This document shows, one piece after another, positions 10,054-19,483 of a stretch of 64,000 nucleotides of DNA. A model generated the notes under the pieces. That model was not told the DNA's origin. It ran no database searches and saw nothing but the letters and a program-made list of their open reading frames with translations. Source of the stretch: a virus; the IMG/VR virus record IMGVR_UViG_3300022602_000058, positions 26,085 to 90,084 of that record; one strand, given 5' to 3'. Every line of letters starts with the position of its first letter. Position 1 is the stretch's first letter. Made by a program: the position numbers and the translations under genes.

Positions 10054-11391
10054 ATGCCAAATTTCCTCTGGGGATTCACAAATAATATTACGGGTGCAAG
10101 TGATGCATCACCTAATAGCCTTGCTTTACCTGAAATAAAGCCAGCAGGTACAATAGCTAACGGCTTTAGCGTTAACACTATCAAGACACCAACAAGTCTT
10201 GTAAATGTTGTAAGAGACTTTTATTGGACATATTCGCCAGTCGGTGATGTGGCGCGTGCTGAGGTGCCGAGAATTATTTTAACTGAACGTAAATTAAGAA
10301 CAAATGCTCTAATAAGTCAATTAAAATACTCACTTGGCCAAGCTTTTAGTGGCGGTGCGCAGACATTACAGAATATACAGCAATTCGGTAATAACACCGG
10401 CGCAACAGCTGCGTTACAGAGTGCAGGTCAGACTATAGGCAGTGGGTTAACAAAATTCATATCTGGGTTACAAAATACCTCAATAGGTCAAGCTGCTGGT
10501 AGTATTGCCCAGGGTGCCGGTACAGCAGTTACTGATGAAGCAAGCAAGGTTGGTGGTCAGATCGCCAATAATTCTGCATATCAACAAGGCCTTGGTGTAG
10601 CCAAAAATGCGTATGCACAAGTTAGCGATGCGTTAGGTGCGACATTTGTAGATGATAATAATCCAACGGTCAATAGTAGTCCTTGGTTAGCGCCTTACAG
10701 AAATCTTTATTTAACAGACCCTACAGGATGGGTTTATGTACTACCATATTTTAGCAACAATCAAGCTAATCAATCTAATAATTTTTCTGATTCAGGTAAT
10801 ACCGGTGCTTTCTCGGATAAGTTTCTTGGCCCTGCCGCGGGAATAGCAAATGAAGCTGCAGGTCTTATAGCTTCTATTAATAATCCAGCTCAAATTACAT
10901 ATATTGAAAAAGCTAAGTTTTATAATTATCCAACTGAAGGTGAAGACATAACAGTTGAATTTCCTTTGATTAATACCGGTAATGTATCATATGATGACGT
11001 AGTACGTAACTGGCAATTTTTATTCCTTTTACTTTATCAAAACCGTCCAGGTAAAACAAGTCAAAATACAGTCGATCAACCTGTAATTTATCAAGTTGAA
11101 GTACCAGGTAATAAATTCTTTCCATTCTGTTTTATTCAAAGCCTCAATATTGAATTCATGGGATCAAGACGCGAGATGAATATTACAGTACCATCTAATA
11201 CATCTACATCTGCAGACTTAGGACAAGTTGGACAGGCACTTGGTAATGCATCTAGCTCTGTATCGATTCCTGTAGTAATACCAGATGCTTACAAGGTAAC
11301 AATAGCATTGAAGAGTATGATTGCTAATTCAAAGAACTTTATGCAACATATGATTGGACCACATCAAATTGTAACAACAGGTACAGCGTAA
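10054..11391 (+). CDS. Baseplate tail-tube cap-like protein (gp48-like)
   Basis: Synteny before the gp53-like gene; C-terminal PVIYQVEVPG..FCFIQSLNIEFMG tube-like fold. Confidence 0.45.
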   Translation: MPNFLWGFTNNITGASDASPNSLALPEIKPAGTIANGFSVNTIKTPTSLVNVVRDFYWTYSPVGDVARAEVPRIILTERKLRTNALISQLKYSLGQAFSGGAQTLQNIQQFGNNTGATAALQSAGQTIGSGLTKFISGLQNTSIGQAAGSIAQGAGTAVTDEASKVGGQIANNSAYQQGLGVAKNAYAQVSDALGATFVDDNNPTVNSSPWLAPYRNLYLTDPTGWVYVLPYFSNNQANQSNNFSDSGNTGAFSDKFLGPAAGIANEAAGLIASINNPAQITYIEKAKFYNYPTEGEDITVEFPLINTGNVSYDDVVRNWQFLFLLLYQNRPGKTSQNTVDQPVIYQVEVPGNKFFPFCFIQSLNIEFMGSRREMNITVPSNTSTSADLGQVGQALGNASSSVSIPVVIPDAYKVTIALKSMIANSKNFMQHMIGPHQIVTTGTA

Positions 11392-11432
11392 GAGCTAAGT
11401 TGTGAAACCAGAATAGGTTCCTAAATACTTAC

Positions 11433-11840
11433 ATGGCAGGTTCAAATCAAAATATTACAGCTTTACAGCCCCTATCAACATATGGGCAATATCAGAATAA
11501 TATTTCGTCATTACCTGAGCTTAATATCTATAGATACGAAAAGATATTAAAATTATATCAAACTGGTAATAATCAGTATTTTTATAATTTAGTACAGTCC
11601 TTATTTCTCCCTGATAAACTAGATAAACGTGCTTTATTTTATATTACAGTACAAGGACAACAACCCTGGACCACTGTAAGTTACAATGTATATAAAACAA
11701 TTGAATTATGGTGGTTGATTTTATTAACTAATAAAATTTATAATCCTTTTGATATACCTAAAACAGGTACAGTTATAGCGGTAATTAAACCTCAATACGT
11801 ACCTGATATCCTAAAGGAAATTAACGCCTCTCTACAATAA
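11433..11840 (+). CDS. gp53: Baseplate wedge protein gp53-like (LysM-like)
   Basis: WTTVSYNVYKTIELWWLILLTNKIYNPF is a gp53-type signature. Confidence 0.8.
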   Translation: MAGSNQNITALQPLSTYGQYQNNISSLPELNIYRYEKILKLYQTGNNQYFYNLVQSLFLPDKLDKRALFYITVQGQQPWTTVSYNVYKTIELWWLILLTNKIYNPFDIPKTGTVIAVIKPQYVPDILKEINASLQ

Positions 11841-13612
11841 TGAGTACTAGTGTTACAGCGTATAATCACAGAATCAATAACAGTGACTATATTTTTAAAG
11901 TCACACTAGTGAGTGCTGCCGGTGGTAAGTCAAGAGCTCAAGATATTAAACCAACAGCTATTAAAGAATTGCTTATTAGTGACTCATTTAAAGACTTTTT
12001 TCAACAAGGTTATATTATTATTAATAATTCCCAAGACGTCATAGAGCGCGATACACCTGATACCCAGCCTTATAATAAACCCGCGTACTATAATAACGCA
12101 GGTAGTACAACAAATGGTACAAACCCTGACGACCCAGACGGTGCTACAAGTAATGCTGACGCTGGGTTTTTATTCCGTGGTGAATCACGTGACATACTTC
12201 GTATTGATATTATGCCTAGACTTGATAACCCTACTATTGACAGTCTAGGTTCTGCTGAAGGTAGAAAATATTTTTATATAGGTGCAGATTTTGCTATCTA
12301 CGACTCTGAAGAAATTATAGGCGAATCACCAGGTCAAAAATATAAAAAATTATATTTTTGGGATTTATACTACCAGTTAATGCTTGAAAAGAATGTACAG
12401 TTCTCAACAGCAAATGTTGTTAATTATATAAATTCCACAACACCAGGGCTCACTACAACAACATCAAGTCCTTCAGCTACATTACCACAAAATGCTGATA
12501 ATAGCGACCGTGCTGTAACAACAGGAACAGCCTTAAAAGAATTTCTTAAAGCGGCTTTTCCGGATAATGAGAAATATCCTATTAGTTTTTCTGTTACAAT
12601 ACCAGGTGTTGATAATACACAAGGATTATCACAGCAAGATCAAGATCAACAAAATATTGACTGGGACTTAGGTGGTACTAACTTATTTTTTTCAACACCA
12701 GCAAACTTTAAAGCTATTGATTGCGTAAAATATATCATGCAGCGACACGTCTCAAATTCCAATTCAAATTTTGACCAATGTTTCTTACGGTTAACAGGCG
12801 ATAAAAGAGAATTTACATTTAAGAGTTTGACACAGTATTTTAAGCAAGCATATAATCCTGAAACCGATACACCTGGTGATTACTATTTAGAAACAGTTAA
12901 GATTGGTGGTAATACCCAACAAGACGGTAAGAGTAATGTAGCACCTTATTTCACACCTAGTACAGGCGTTTATTTTGAACGCATCGGTACCATCAAAAGT
13001 TTTTCTTTTGATAATATAGCAGGCATTCATGCACAACAGAGACTAGTACCGACATTTGTACATAGTTACGATACCCAAAATAAACAGTTCAATATAGATA
13101 TTGAACGCAACGGTATTGAACAAGCGATGAAAACATATCAGCAGAACTATATTAATCATATGAATAGTTCTTCTGAAGAACCTGCATTTACAAACTTCGC
13201 ACCTGGTCAATTAAGATATCAAAATAAAAATGTGCAGAACGTATTCTCTGTATCAGAACAAGATCCTGATCAGCGGTTAGCTTGGGGACGAAATGAATTC
13301 TTATACGCGAGTATTTTTACTAATAATTTGATCTCATTCCGTCTTCCTGGTTCAACACATCGTGAAGCAGGCTCATTTATAGGCATAGATAGAGATGGTG
13401 CAATACCAAATAGTAAATTCGATAATAAATTATTAGGTATCTATTTTATTGTTGAAGTGAAACATTCTTTTACCGGTAATGAATACTTTAATGATCTTTA
13501 CTGTATCAAAGTTTATAACTTTAAACAGCTCGATGATACATATACTGGTAATGAGAAAACTACTACCGGTGATAGCTTACAATTGAAAGGATTAGTGTCA
13601 AACGGTTTATAA
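11840..13612 (+). CDS. Baseplate hub protein (gp27-like)
   Basis: C-terminal LPGSTHREAGSFI..LLGIYFIVEVKHSF typical of hub/late-control-D proteins; follows gp53. Confidence 0.6.
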   Translation: MSTSVTAYNHRINNSDYIFKVTLVSAAGGKSRAQDIKPTAIKELLISDSFKDFFQQGYIIINNSQDVIERDTPDTQPYNKPAYYNNAGSTTNGTNPDDPDGATSNADAGFLFRGESRDILRIDIMPRLDNPTIDSLGSAEGRKYFYIGADFAIYDSEEIIGESPGQKYKKLYFWDLYYQLMLEKNVQFSTANVVNYINSTTPGLTTTTSSPSATLPQNADNSDRAVTTGTALKEFLKAAFPDNEKYPISFSVTIPGVDNTQGLSQQDQDQQNIDWDLGGTNLFFSTPANFKAIDCVKYIMQRHVSNSNSNFDQCFLRLTGDKREFTFKSLTQYFKQAYNPETDTPGDYYLETVKIGGNTQQDGKSNVAPYFTPSTGVYFERIGTIKSFSFDNIAGIHAQQRLVPTFVHSYDTQNKQFNIDIERNGIEQAMKTYQQNYINHMNSSSEEPAFTNFAPGQLRYQNKNVQNVFSVSEQDPDQRLAWGRNEFLYASIFTNNLISFRLPGSTHREAGSFIGIDRDGAIPNSKFDNKLLGIYFIVEVKHSFTGNEYFNDLYCIKVYNFKQLDDTYTGNEKTTTGDSLQLKGLVSNGL

Positions 13613-13615
13613 AAA

Positions 13616-15214
13616 ATGAGTACGCCTAATACAACAAGAAAGCCTGATACAAATATTATAACTATAGCACCGTATATAGCTGATATTGATCTAGCAGATT
13701 CGTACGATCAACTCGTTAGTACAACTAATACATCGTTAAGTTCTGTATTACCTGCAGATGTACTACCACCTGTAGAGCTACAAGCTACAGTAGATTATAG
13801 AAATTCATTTAAACAAGGCGATACAATAACTGCTGTAAATCAATTTTTTAAAAATTTAACCACAACATCCTTCAAGCAGCCAGACTTTTCACTTGACGCT
13901 ATACTTTACTGGTACCAGAAATCGACATATAGTAATAAGGAAATAACATCGTATAAATCACAAAATAGTTTTAATAATCAAAATATCTTATTAAATCAAA
14001 TTCCAGGTGCAGCTGCTTTTGCGCAGAATATTGTCAACGATGCAAACGCTACAACCAGTTATTTTGATATTGTGAGTGATAGCATCGGTGTTATTGCTAA
14101 TTCAAAATTTATACAACTTGATAGTACTTTACCGCTTTTTGATGTCGATCAAAAATATTATGGTGTACCAATTCCTATAGCCGCATCAACGGATAATAAG
14201 ATTAGCGCTAATACAAGAAATGTAATGTATAATTTAAGCCAAAAAACAACAATGATTATGAAGCGTAACTTACTAAACATTGGCTATACAAATACTTTAC
14301 TACAGCAAAATCTTGCAGCTGACGCTACAACTTCACATGGATTAAATCTTATTAACGACTTACCAACATTTGTTAATATCAATAAAAAACTCGAGCAATT
14401 CAAATCAGCTCTTGCAGCAGTTTATGCGCAATTAAAAACATTTAGTTTTGTACAGTATCTTAATAATATCGGTAATACCACAGCTCTCAACTTACGTGAT
14501 ATCTTCCCAGTAGCAGCAGGTGATCGTGAATTTACAGTTGTAACATCACAACAAAATGCACAGGCATCAGTAGCTGAAGCCCAGCAAATACAATCAGATG
14601 CAACTGCCGCCGCTACATTAGCACAGCAACAATATCAAACATCAGTAAGTAGCGGTAATGCCGCTTTTGGTAATCCTAACGTTTTTGTACCAGGGCCTGC
14701 TGTAACAGCGACAGGTTCATCTTCTGTCGCGCCTGTTGGTGAGAAGCCTGGTTATACTATTATAAACCAAGGCGATAAACAGTATATATCTCAGCAAGAT
14801 CTTTACAATATTAACAAATACAACGTTGAAAATTCCGGCCTTGTAGGTTATGTACCTACTGACGGTGCTAAGTATGGTATTACAACAGGATCTGCTGATG
14901 AGTGGGCAAATTATTTTACCAACTACGCTCCTAACGAATCTGCAACAACAAGTAATGGATTAATACAAGTTAATGAAAGCTTCACTGAAAGTAATGGTCA
15001 AATATCAGCAGGTGTATTTAGTATGAGTGTTGGTGAAGAAGGACTCACATCGACATCAATAAATGACCCTGCAGCGAACTCAGCCGCTGCTATTCAAACA
15101 TCAGCAAATCTTATTAAACGAGATGGTGTTATTGCTGCACAATCACCATCAGGCAAATGGCAGGGTATGGCGGCATATTTTGGCCCGTTGAGGAGGGGCG
15201 CAGGACAAGTATAA
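13616..15214 (+). CDS. Virion protein with C-terminal SLT-like lytic transglycosylase domain
   Basis: W..Y...APNES, SAGVFSMS, NDPAANSAAAI and RDGVIA..GKWQGMAAYFGPLR resemble lysozyme-like SLT motifs. Confidence 0.55.
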   Translation: MSTPNTTRKPDTNIITIAPYIADIDLADSYDQLVSTTNTSLSSVLPADVLPPVELQATVDYRNSFKQGDTITAVNQFFKNLTTTSFKQPDFSLDAILYWYQKSTYSNKEITSYKSQNSFNNQNILLNQIPGAAAFAQNIVNDANATTSYFDIVSDSIGVIANSKFIQLDSTLPLFDVDQKYYGVPIPIAASTDNKISANTRNVMYNLSQKTTMIMKRNLLNIGYTNTLLQQNLAADATTSHGLNLINDLPTFVNINKKLEQFKSALAAVYAQLKTFSFVQYLNNIGNTTALNLRDIFPVAAGDREFTVVTSQQNAQASVAEAQQIQSDATAAATLAQQQYQTSVSSGNAAFGNPNVFVPGPAVTATGSSSVAPVGEKPGYTIINQGDKQYISQQDLYNINKYNVENSGLVGYVPTDGAKYGITTGSADEWANYFTNYAPNESATTSNGLIQVNESFTESNGQISAGVFSMSVGEEGLTSTSINDPAANSAAAIQTSANLIKRDGVIAAQSPSGKWQGMAAYFGPLRRGAGQV

Positions 15215-15218
15215 TCTT

Positions 15219-16403
15219 ATGGCAACGTCACCATTCATACAAGGTAACTTAAGTTACCTTAATAATTATGATAATAATATAGCACAGCCTGGTATTACAC
15301 CTAATCCGTACGGGGTATTATCACCTGCTGCACAATCTCTTACAGCCCCTAACCCACAAGCTAGTACTCTAACTAGTTCGACAGGTGCCGATGCTCTAAT
15401 GAGTAAGGCAAAAGGAGACTACAGTAATAAACAATTTATAGCACCTTTTTCTTATACACAAAATGTTGAAGGTACAATGATACAAGTTGATTATCTCGGC
15501 AAAAAAGTTAAAACGAATAGTTCAGCATCTTTTAGATCTATTGTATCTCTTTCGGCAACCGCTCTACCAATAACGTTAATTAATGATCCTAATGATAATA
15601 ACCCTGACAGAGTAATAAAAACATTTAACCCGTCGACATTTACCGGATCACCAACTAAAAACGTAGCAACACAAATCTTTGGTACCGGTACAAGCGCTGT
15701 CACACAAAGCTTAGCAGGAAGAACACAGCAATTTTCTAGTCTTATACAGCAACCTACAGGTCAGCTCTTCAGCAATCTAGCTGCTAGTGGACCTGCTGCA
15801 ATATCAGGACAATTACAGAATCTAATACCTTTCTCTAACATTAATCAATCGATCGCAAATCTTCCAGGTTTTAGTGTTGTTACAAACGCATTAGGTCAAC
15901 TACCTGGCGGAAGTAATATTGCCGGTGCACTTACACATCCAGTTGGAGCTGCATCCGGTTTAATACAACAAACATTATCTGATAGCATACAGCTTCAAGG
16001 TGGTTTACCTTCAGTATCTCTTGGATCACTCGGTGATGTATTTAGCTTTGCAGCAAATATCGCTAGCTCCGGGCCTCCAACAAGTCTTACAGGTATCATC
16101 TCTCTTGAAAAACAAATTAAATCAATTGTATGTAATTTTACATTACCAATTATTAATATACCACCTTACGACGCTATTCTTAAATTTACCTTTCCTAAGC
16201 CACAAGATATCTTTAAGCAAGTCAAGAAGCAGTTTGACGATCTTAAAGCAAATATCATTAATCAGTTCGATATTGTTAAACAGCTTAACAATATTCTACC
16301 AGATCCGCACGAAATCTATGAAGCTGTCATTAAGGAAATTACTACCTGTGATAAAAAACCGAGTAATGCTAATAATGCAAAGAACGGTAAAGCAGGCGGT
16401 TAA
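15219..16403 (+). CDS. Hypothetical baseplate-associated protein
   Basis: 394 aa ORF co-oriented in the tail module; S/T/Q/G-rich. Confidence 0.5.
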   Translation: MATSPFIQGNLSYLNNYDNNIAQPGITPNPYGVLSPAAQSLTAPNPQASTLTSSTGADALMSKAKGDYSNKQFIAPFSYTQNVEGTMIQVDYLGKKVKTNSSASFRSIVSLSATALPITLINDPNDNNPDRVIKTFNPSTFTGSPTKNVATQIFGTGTSAVTQSLAGRTQQFSSLIQQPTGQLFSNLAASGPAAISGQLQNLIPFSNINQSIANLPGFSVVTNALGQLPGGSNIAGALTHPVGAASGLIQQTLSDSIQLQGGLPSVSLGSLGDVFSFAANIASSGPPTSLTGIISLEKQIKSIVCNFTLPIINIPPYDAILKFTFPKPQDIFKQVKKQFDDLKANIINQFDIVKQLNNILPDPHEIYEAVIKEITTCDKKPSNANNAKNGKAGG

Positions 16404-16867
16404 CCTATACGTCTATCCTCAACAATCTCTGCTTCAATTGGCTTAGCTTTATCAATAAGCATTTTAAAAATTTCTTCTCTTGTAGCAAGTTGTTTATGCT
16501 CTATATTAGTCTGTTGAAGTTCTTTCTTTGATGATATATCCATTTCCTTAAGCTTTACAGAAGTGTTTGAGCGCTTATCGGCGATAGTAAGTTGATTGAG
16601 CGAATCAATAGCAGATGAAGCAGCCTTTATTAAACCTGCATATGCTTCAACATCTTCAGCGTTAGGTGCAGAAATAATAAAATCCTTGACAGTAGCTACC
16701 ATGTCGAGCGCATCCTCAACTAGAGATGCACCTCTCTCTATGGTAAACTTCTCTAATTCTTCTTTTGTAACAGGATTTCTTTCTTTTTTTACTTGCTCTA
16801 CTTTTGTGCTAACTGCTTGAAGCTGGTCTAGTAACGTACCTACCTCATTATTTAACTCATCATCCAT
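16400..16867 (-). CDS. Probable terminase small subunit (gp16-like)
   Basis: Helical pattern SLVEDALDMV..APNAEDVEAYAGLIKAASSAIDSL..ATREEIFKML resembles T4-like small terminases; TAAGTA upstream. Confidence 0.5.
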   Translation of the reverse strand: MDDELNNEVGTLLDQLQAVSTKVEQVKKERNPVTKEELEKFTIERGASLVEDALDMVATVKDFIISAPNAEDVEAYAGLIKAASSAIDSLNQLTIADKRSNTSVKLKEMDISSKKELQQTNIEHKQLATREEIFKMLIDKAKPIEAEIVEDRRIG

Positions 16868-16926
16868 ATTCGTAGATATACTTATTCAGGGTTGATTTTA
16901 AATAAAGGTATAATAATATTGTTTAT

Positions 16927-17373
16927 ATGGATCCTAATATTCAATATCTTCCAATTTTAAAGTTTGAAAAAACACACGAGTTAGCTAAGCTACCGACAAA
17001 GAACCATGAATCAGATACAGGTTATGATGTTTATAGTGTAGAAGATGTTACTGTACCAGCTAGAGGCAGTGCTGTTGTACCAGTAGGATTGAAATTTGCT
17101 TATATCCCAGAAGGTTACTGGATTAAGGTAGAGTCAAGAAGCGGTTTAGGATTTAAGCATGGTATTTCAGCTCATCCAGGTATTATTGATAATGCTTACC
17201 GTGGTGATGCTGGCATTAAATTATACAACAATACAGATGTTGACTATAACATAAAATCTGGTGATAGAATTGCTCAATTTGTAATTTATTTAAATATCCA
17301 TATGCCTGTTGAATGGGGTATAGCAGGTGAGACAGAAAGAGGTAGTAAGGGATTTGGTTCATCTGGTAAATAA
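16927..17373 (+). CDS. dut: dUTPase (trimeric)
   Basis: Motifs TGYDV, SRSGL, GIIDNAYRG, GDRIAQ, RGSKGFGSSG. Confidence 0.97.
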   Translation: MDPNIQYLPILKFEKTHELAKLPTKNHESDTGYDVYSVEDVTVPARGSAVVPVGLKFAYIPEGYWIKVESRSGLGFKHGISAHPGIIDNAYRGDAGIKLYNNTDVDYNIKSGDRIAQFVIYLNIHMPVEWGIAGETERGSKGFGSSGK

Positions 17374-18305
17374 TGAATTACGATTTTTCTAATCTCTGGG
17401 TCGAGCGTTATAGGCCGTCAAAGCTTGACGACTTTATTAGCTCATCTTTTATAAAAGAGTCTCTTATATCCTTTAAAAATAAGGAAGAGATTCCAAACTT
17501 GCTTTTTACAGGCGCAGCTGGTATTGGTAAAACATCTGCAGCAAAGATTATTGTAAACGATATTCTTGAATGTCAATATCTTTATATTAATGCTTCAGAT
17601 GAAAATGGCATTGATACAATCAGGCACAAAGTTGTAAACTTTGCACAAACCATGAGTATAGATGGTAAGATTAAAGTCATTATTCTCGATGAGTGTGATG
17701 GTCTATCTATTGACGCACAACGTGCACTTAGAAACACAATGGAAGAGTTTGCAGGCATTACTCGTTTTATTCTTACAGCAAACTACAAATATAAAATTAT
17801 ACCCGCTCTACAGAGTAGATGCCAGAGCTTTGATCTAACACCACCGCTTGACCTTGCCGTAAAAAGATGTGCAAGTATTCTTAAGAAAGAAAATATTACT
17901 GTGCCTGATGAACAGCGTGTAAAGCTTGTTGAATTTATTAAAGGTACATACCCTGATCTTCGCAAATGCATTAATGAGCTACAGAAATATTCTTCTTCTG
18001 GTACTCTCGTATTAGCAGATGTTAAAAACAATAAAGTTCTTGAACTTATCTTTAATGAAGTAAAGAAAAAAAATGTTGAATCTCTTCGTAAAGCACTGAT
18101 TGAAAGTGAGCAATTGTTTAACGCTGATTATACTTCTCTTTTACGTAATCTTTTCAATTACATAGACGAGAGCGAAACAAATACTGATTTAAAACGATTC
18201 TATCTGCTTACTATATCTGAATATCTATACAGGGACGCGTTTGTTGTTGACAAGGAAATTAATTGTTACGCTTGTTTAATTCAGTTATCTGAAATTAAAC
18301 TTTAG
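17373..18305 (+). CDS. gp44: Sliding-clamp loader AAA+ subunit (gp44/RFC small-like)
   Basis: WVERYRP, GAAGIGKT (Walker A), INASDENG, ILDECD (Walker B), ALQSRC. Confidence 0.95.
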   Translation: MNYDFSNLWVERYRPSKLDDFISSSFIKESLISFKNKEEIPNLLFTGAAGIGKTSAAKIIVNDILECQYLYINASDENGIDTIRHKVVNFAQTMSIDGKIKVIILDECDGLSIDAQRALRNTMEEFAGITRFILTANYKYKIIPALQSRCQSFDLTPPLDLAVKRCASILKKENITVPDEQRVKLVEFIKGTYPDLRKCINELQKYSSSGTLVLADVKNNKVLELIFNEVKKKNVESLRKALIESEQLFNADYTSLLRNLFNYIDESETNTDLKRFYLLTISEYLYRDAFVVDKEINCYACLIQLSEIKL

Positions 18306-18894
18306 GTAAATATCCTGCTGTATAAGAAGCAGGGTCCTTATGATTTACAGCCGGTGAAGCCGGAATCTTAGTATTAATGTTTTTAAGCTTTGTATCTGTT
18401 GGAGCTAACTTATTATTACCAAGATCTGCTGTACGTGTACGAGCTGGTGAATAAAAAGGCACTTCTTCAGCTTCATCTTTAACTTCTTCAGGCTTAATCT
18501 TTATCTTGTTATCGTACTTGTTTCTATTAGGTACTTCTTCAAGACCTGGAACGGTATCGATTTTATCAATCATACCGACGTGAACAATAGCTGTATTGAA
18601 TATTCTACCACCGCCTACATCGAGACCTACCTCAACTGTAAAGTCAGGACCTGTATCATCAGCATTACCAACACCCATAACCGCTGGATATTTGTTAATA
18701 ACGTTTGTAACTCTAAGCGTACGACCATCCTTAATTATTTCTGAAAGATTCTTTACAAGCTCATCTGATTGGGTTGCAACAAAGGGATGCTTAAGAGCAT
18801 CAGCCTTAAATTTGATAATATCACCTTGTAAGAAACCACCGTGGTTATAACGAGTTAACCAGCTTTCATAGAGCTTTAAGAAACGCTTTTTCAT
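18295..18894 (-). CDS. Hypothetical protein
   Basis: 199 aa ORF with TAAATA 8 nt upstream of the ATG. Confidence 0.7.
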   Translation of the reverse strand: MKKRFLKLYESWLTRYNHGGFLQGDIIKFKADALKHPFVATQSDELVKNLSEIIKDGRTLRVTNVINKYPAVMGVGNADDTGPDFTVEVGLDVGGGRIFNTAIVHVGMIDKIDTVPGLEEVPNRNKYDNKIKIKPEEVKDEAEEVPFYSPARTRTADLGNNKLAPTDTKLKNINTKIPASPAVNHKDPASYTAGYLPKV

Positions 18895-18964
18895 GTAATA
18901 TTATTTATTGTCCGAGGTGCAATAAACCAATCACTGAAACCTTTTAAAACAGATAAATATCTTT

Positions 18965-19477
18965 GTGGCTTCTATAAAATTAAACAGTTTAATACAAAGA
19001 CCTACTAAATCTAATGCAGGCTATACGTATAACGATCTACATCTAGACTTTACACCTATTTTCAAAGACCCCCCTTTCGGTTCATATACACAAAATAATC
19101 AACTTTTTCATCCAAAAGAAATAGTAGATATAGTAGCTGATTATGACTTAGGGGCTATATCCAATTCTATTAGAAATCTATTTTTAACAATACCCGGTCA
19201 AAAAATTTTAAATCCTCTATTTGGTCTCAATCTCGTACAGTATGTATTTGATGCATGTACAGAGGAAATGGCTGGTGTTATTGGTAATGAGATAGTAGCG
19301 GGTATTACAACTTTTGAACCTAGGATATCTCTTACTAATGTAACAGTTATTGCCCAGCCTGATCAACAACAGTACAATATTACTATTTCTTTTACAGTAC
19401 CTGCTATAGGTACAACTAGCTTCTCACTAAATGGAGTATTAAGTACTTCTGGGTTCGTTTACATCAATACTCAATAA
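18965..19477 (+). CDS. gp25: Baseplate wedge subunit gp25-like
   Basis: AISNSIRNLFLTIPGQKILNPLFG..FEPRI. Confidence 0.92.
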   Translation: MASIKLNSLIQRPTKSNAGYTYNDLHLDFTPIFKDPPFGSYTQNNQLFHPKEIVDIVADYDLGAISNSIRNLFLTIPGQKILNPLFGLNLVQYVFDACTEEMAGVIGNEIVAGITTFEPRISLTNVTVIAQPDQQQYNITISFTVPAIGTTSFSLNGVLSTSGFVYINTQ

Positions 19478-19483
19478 TAATAT

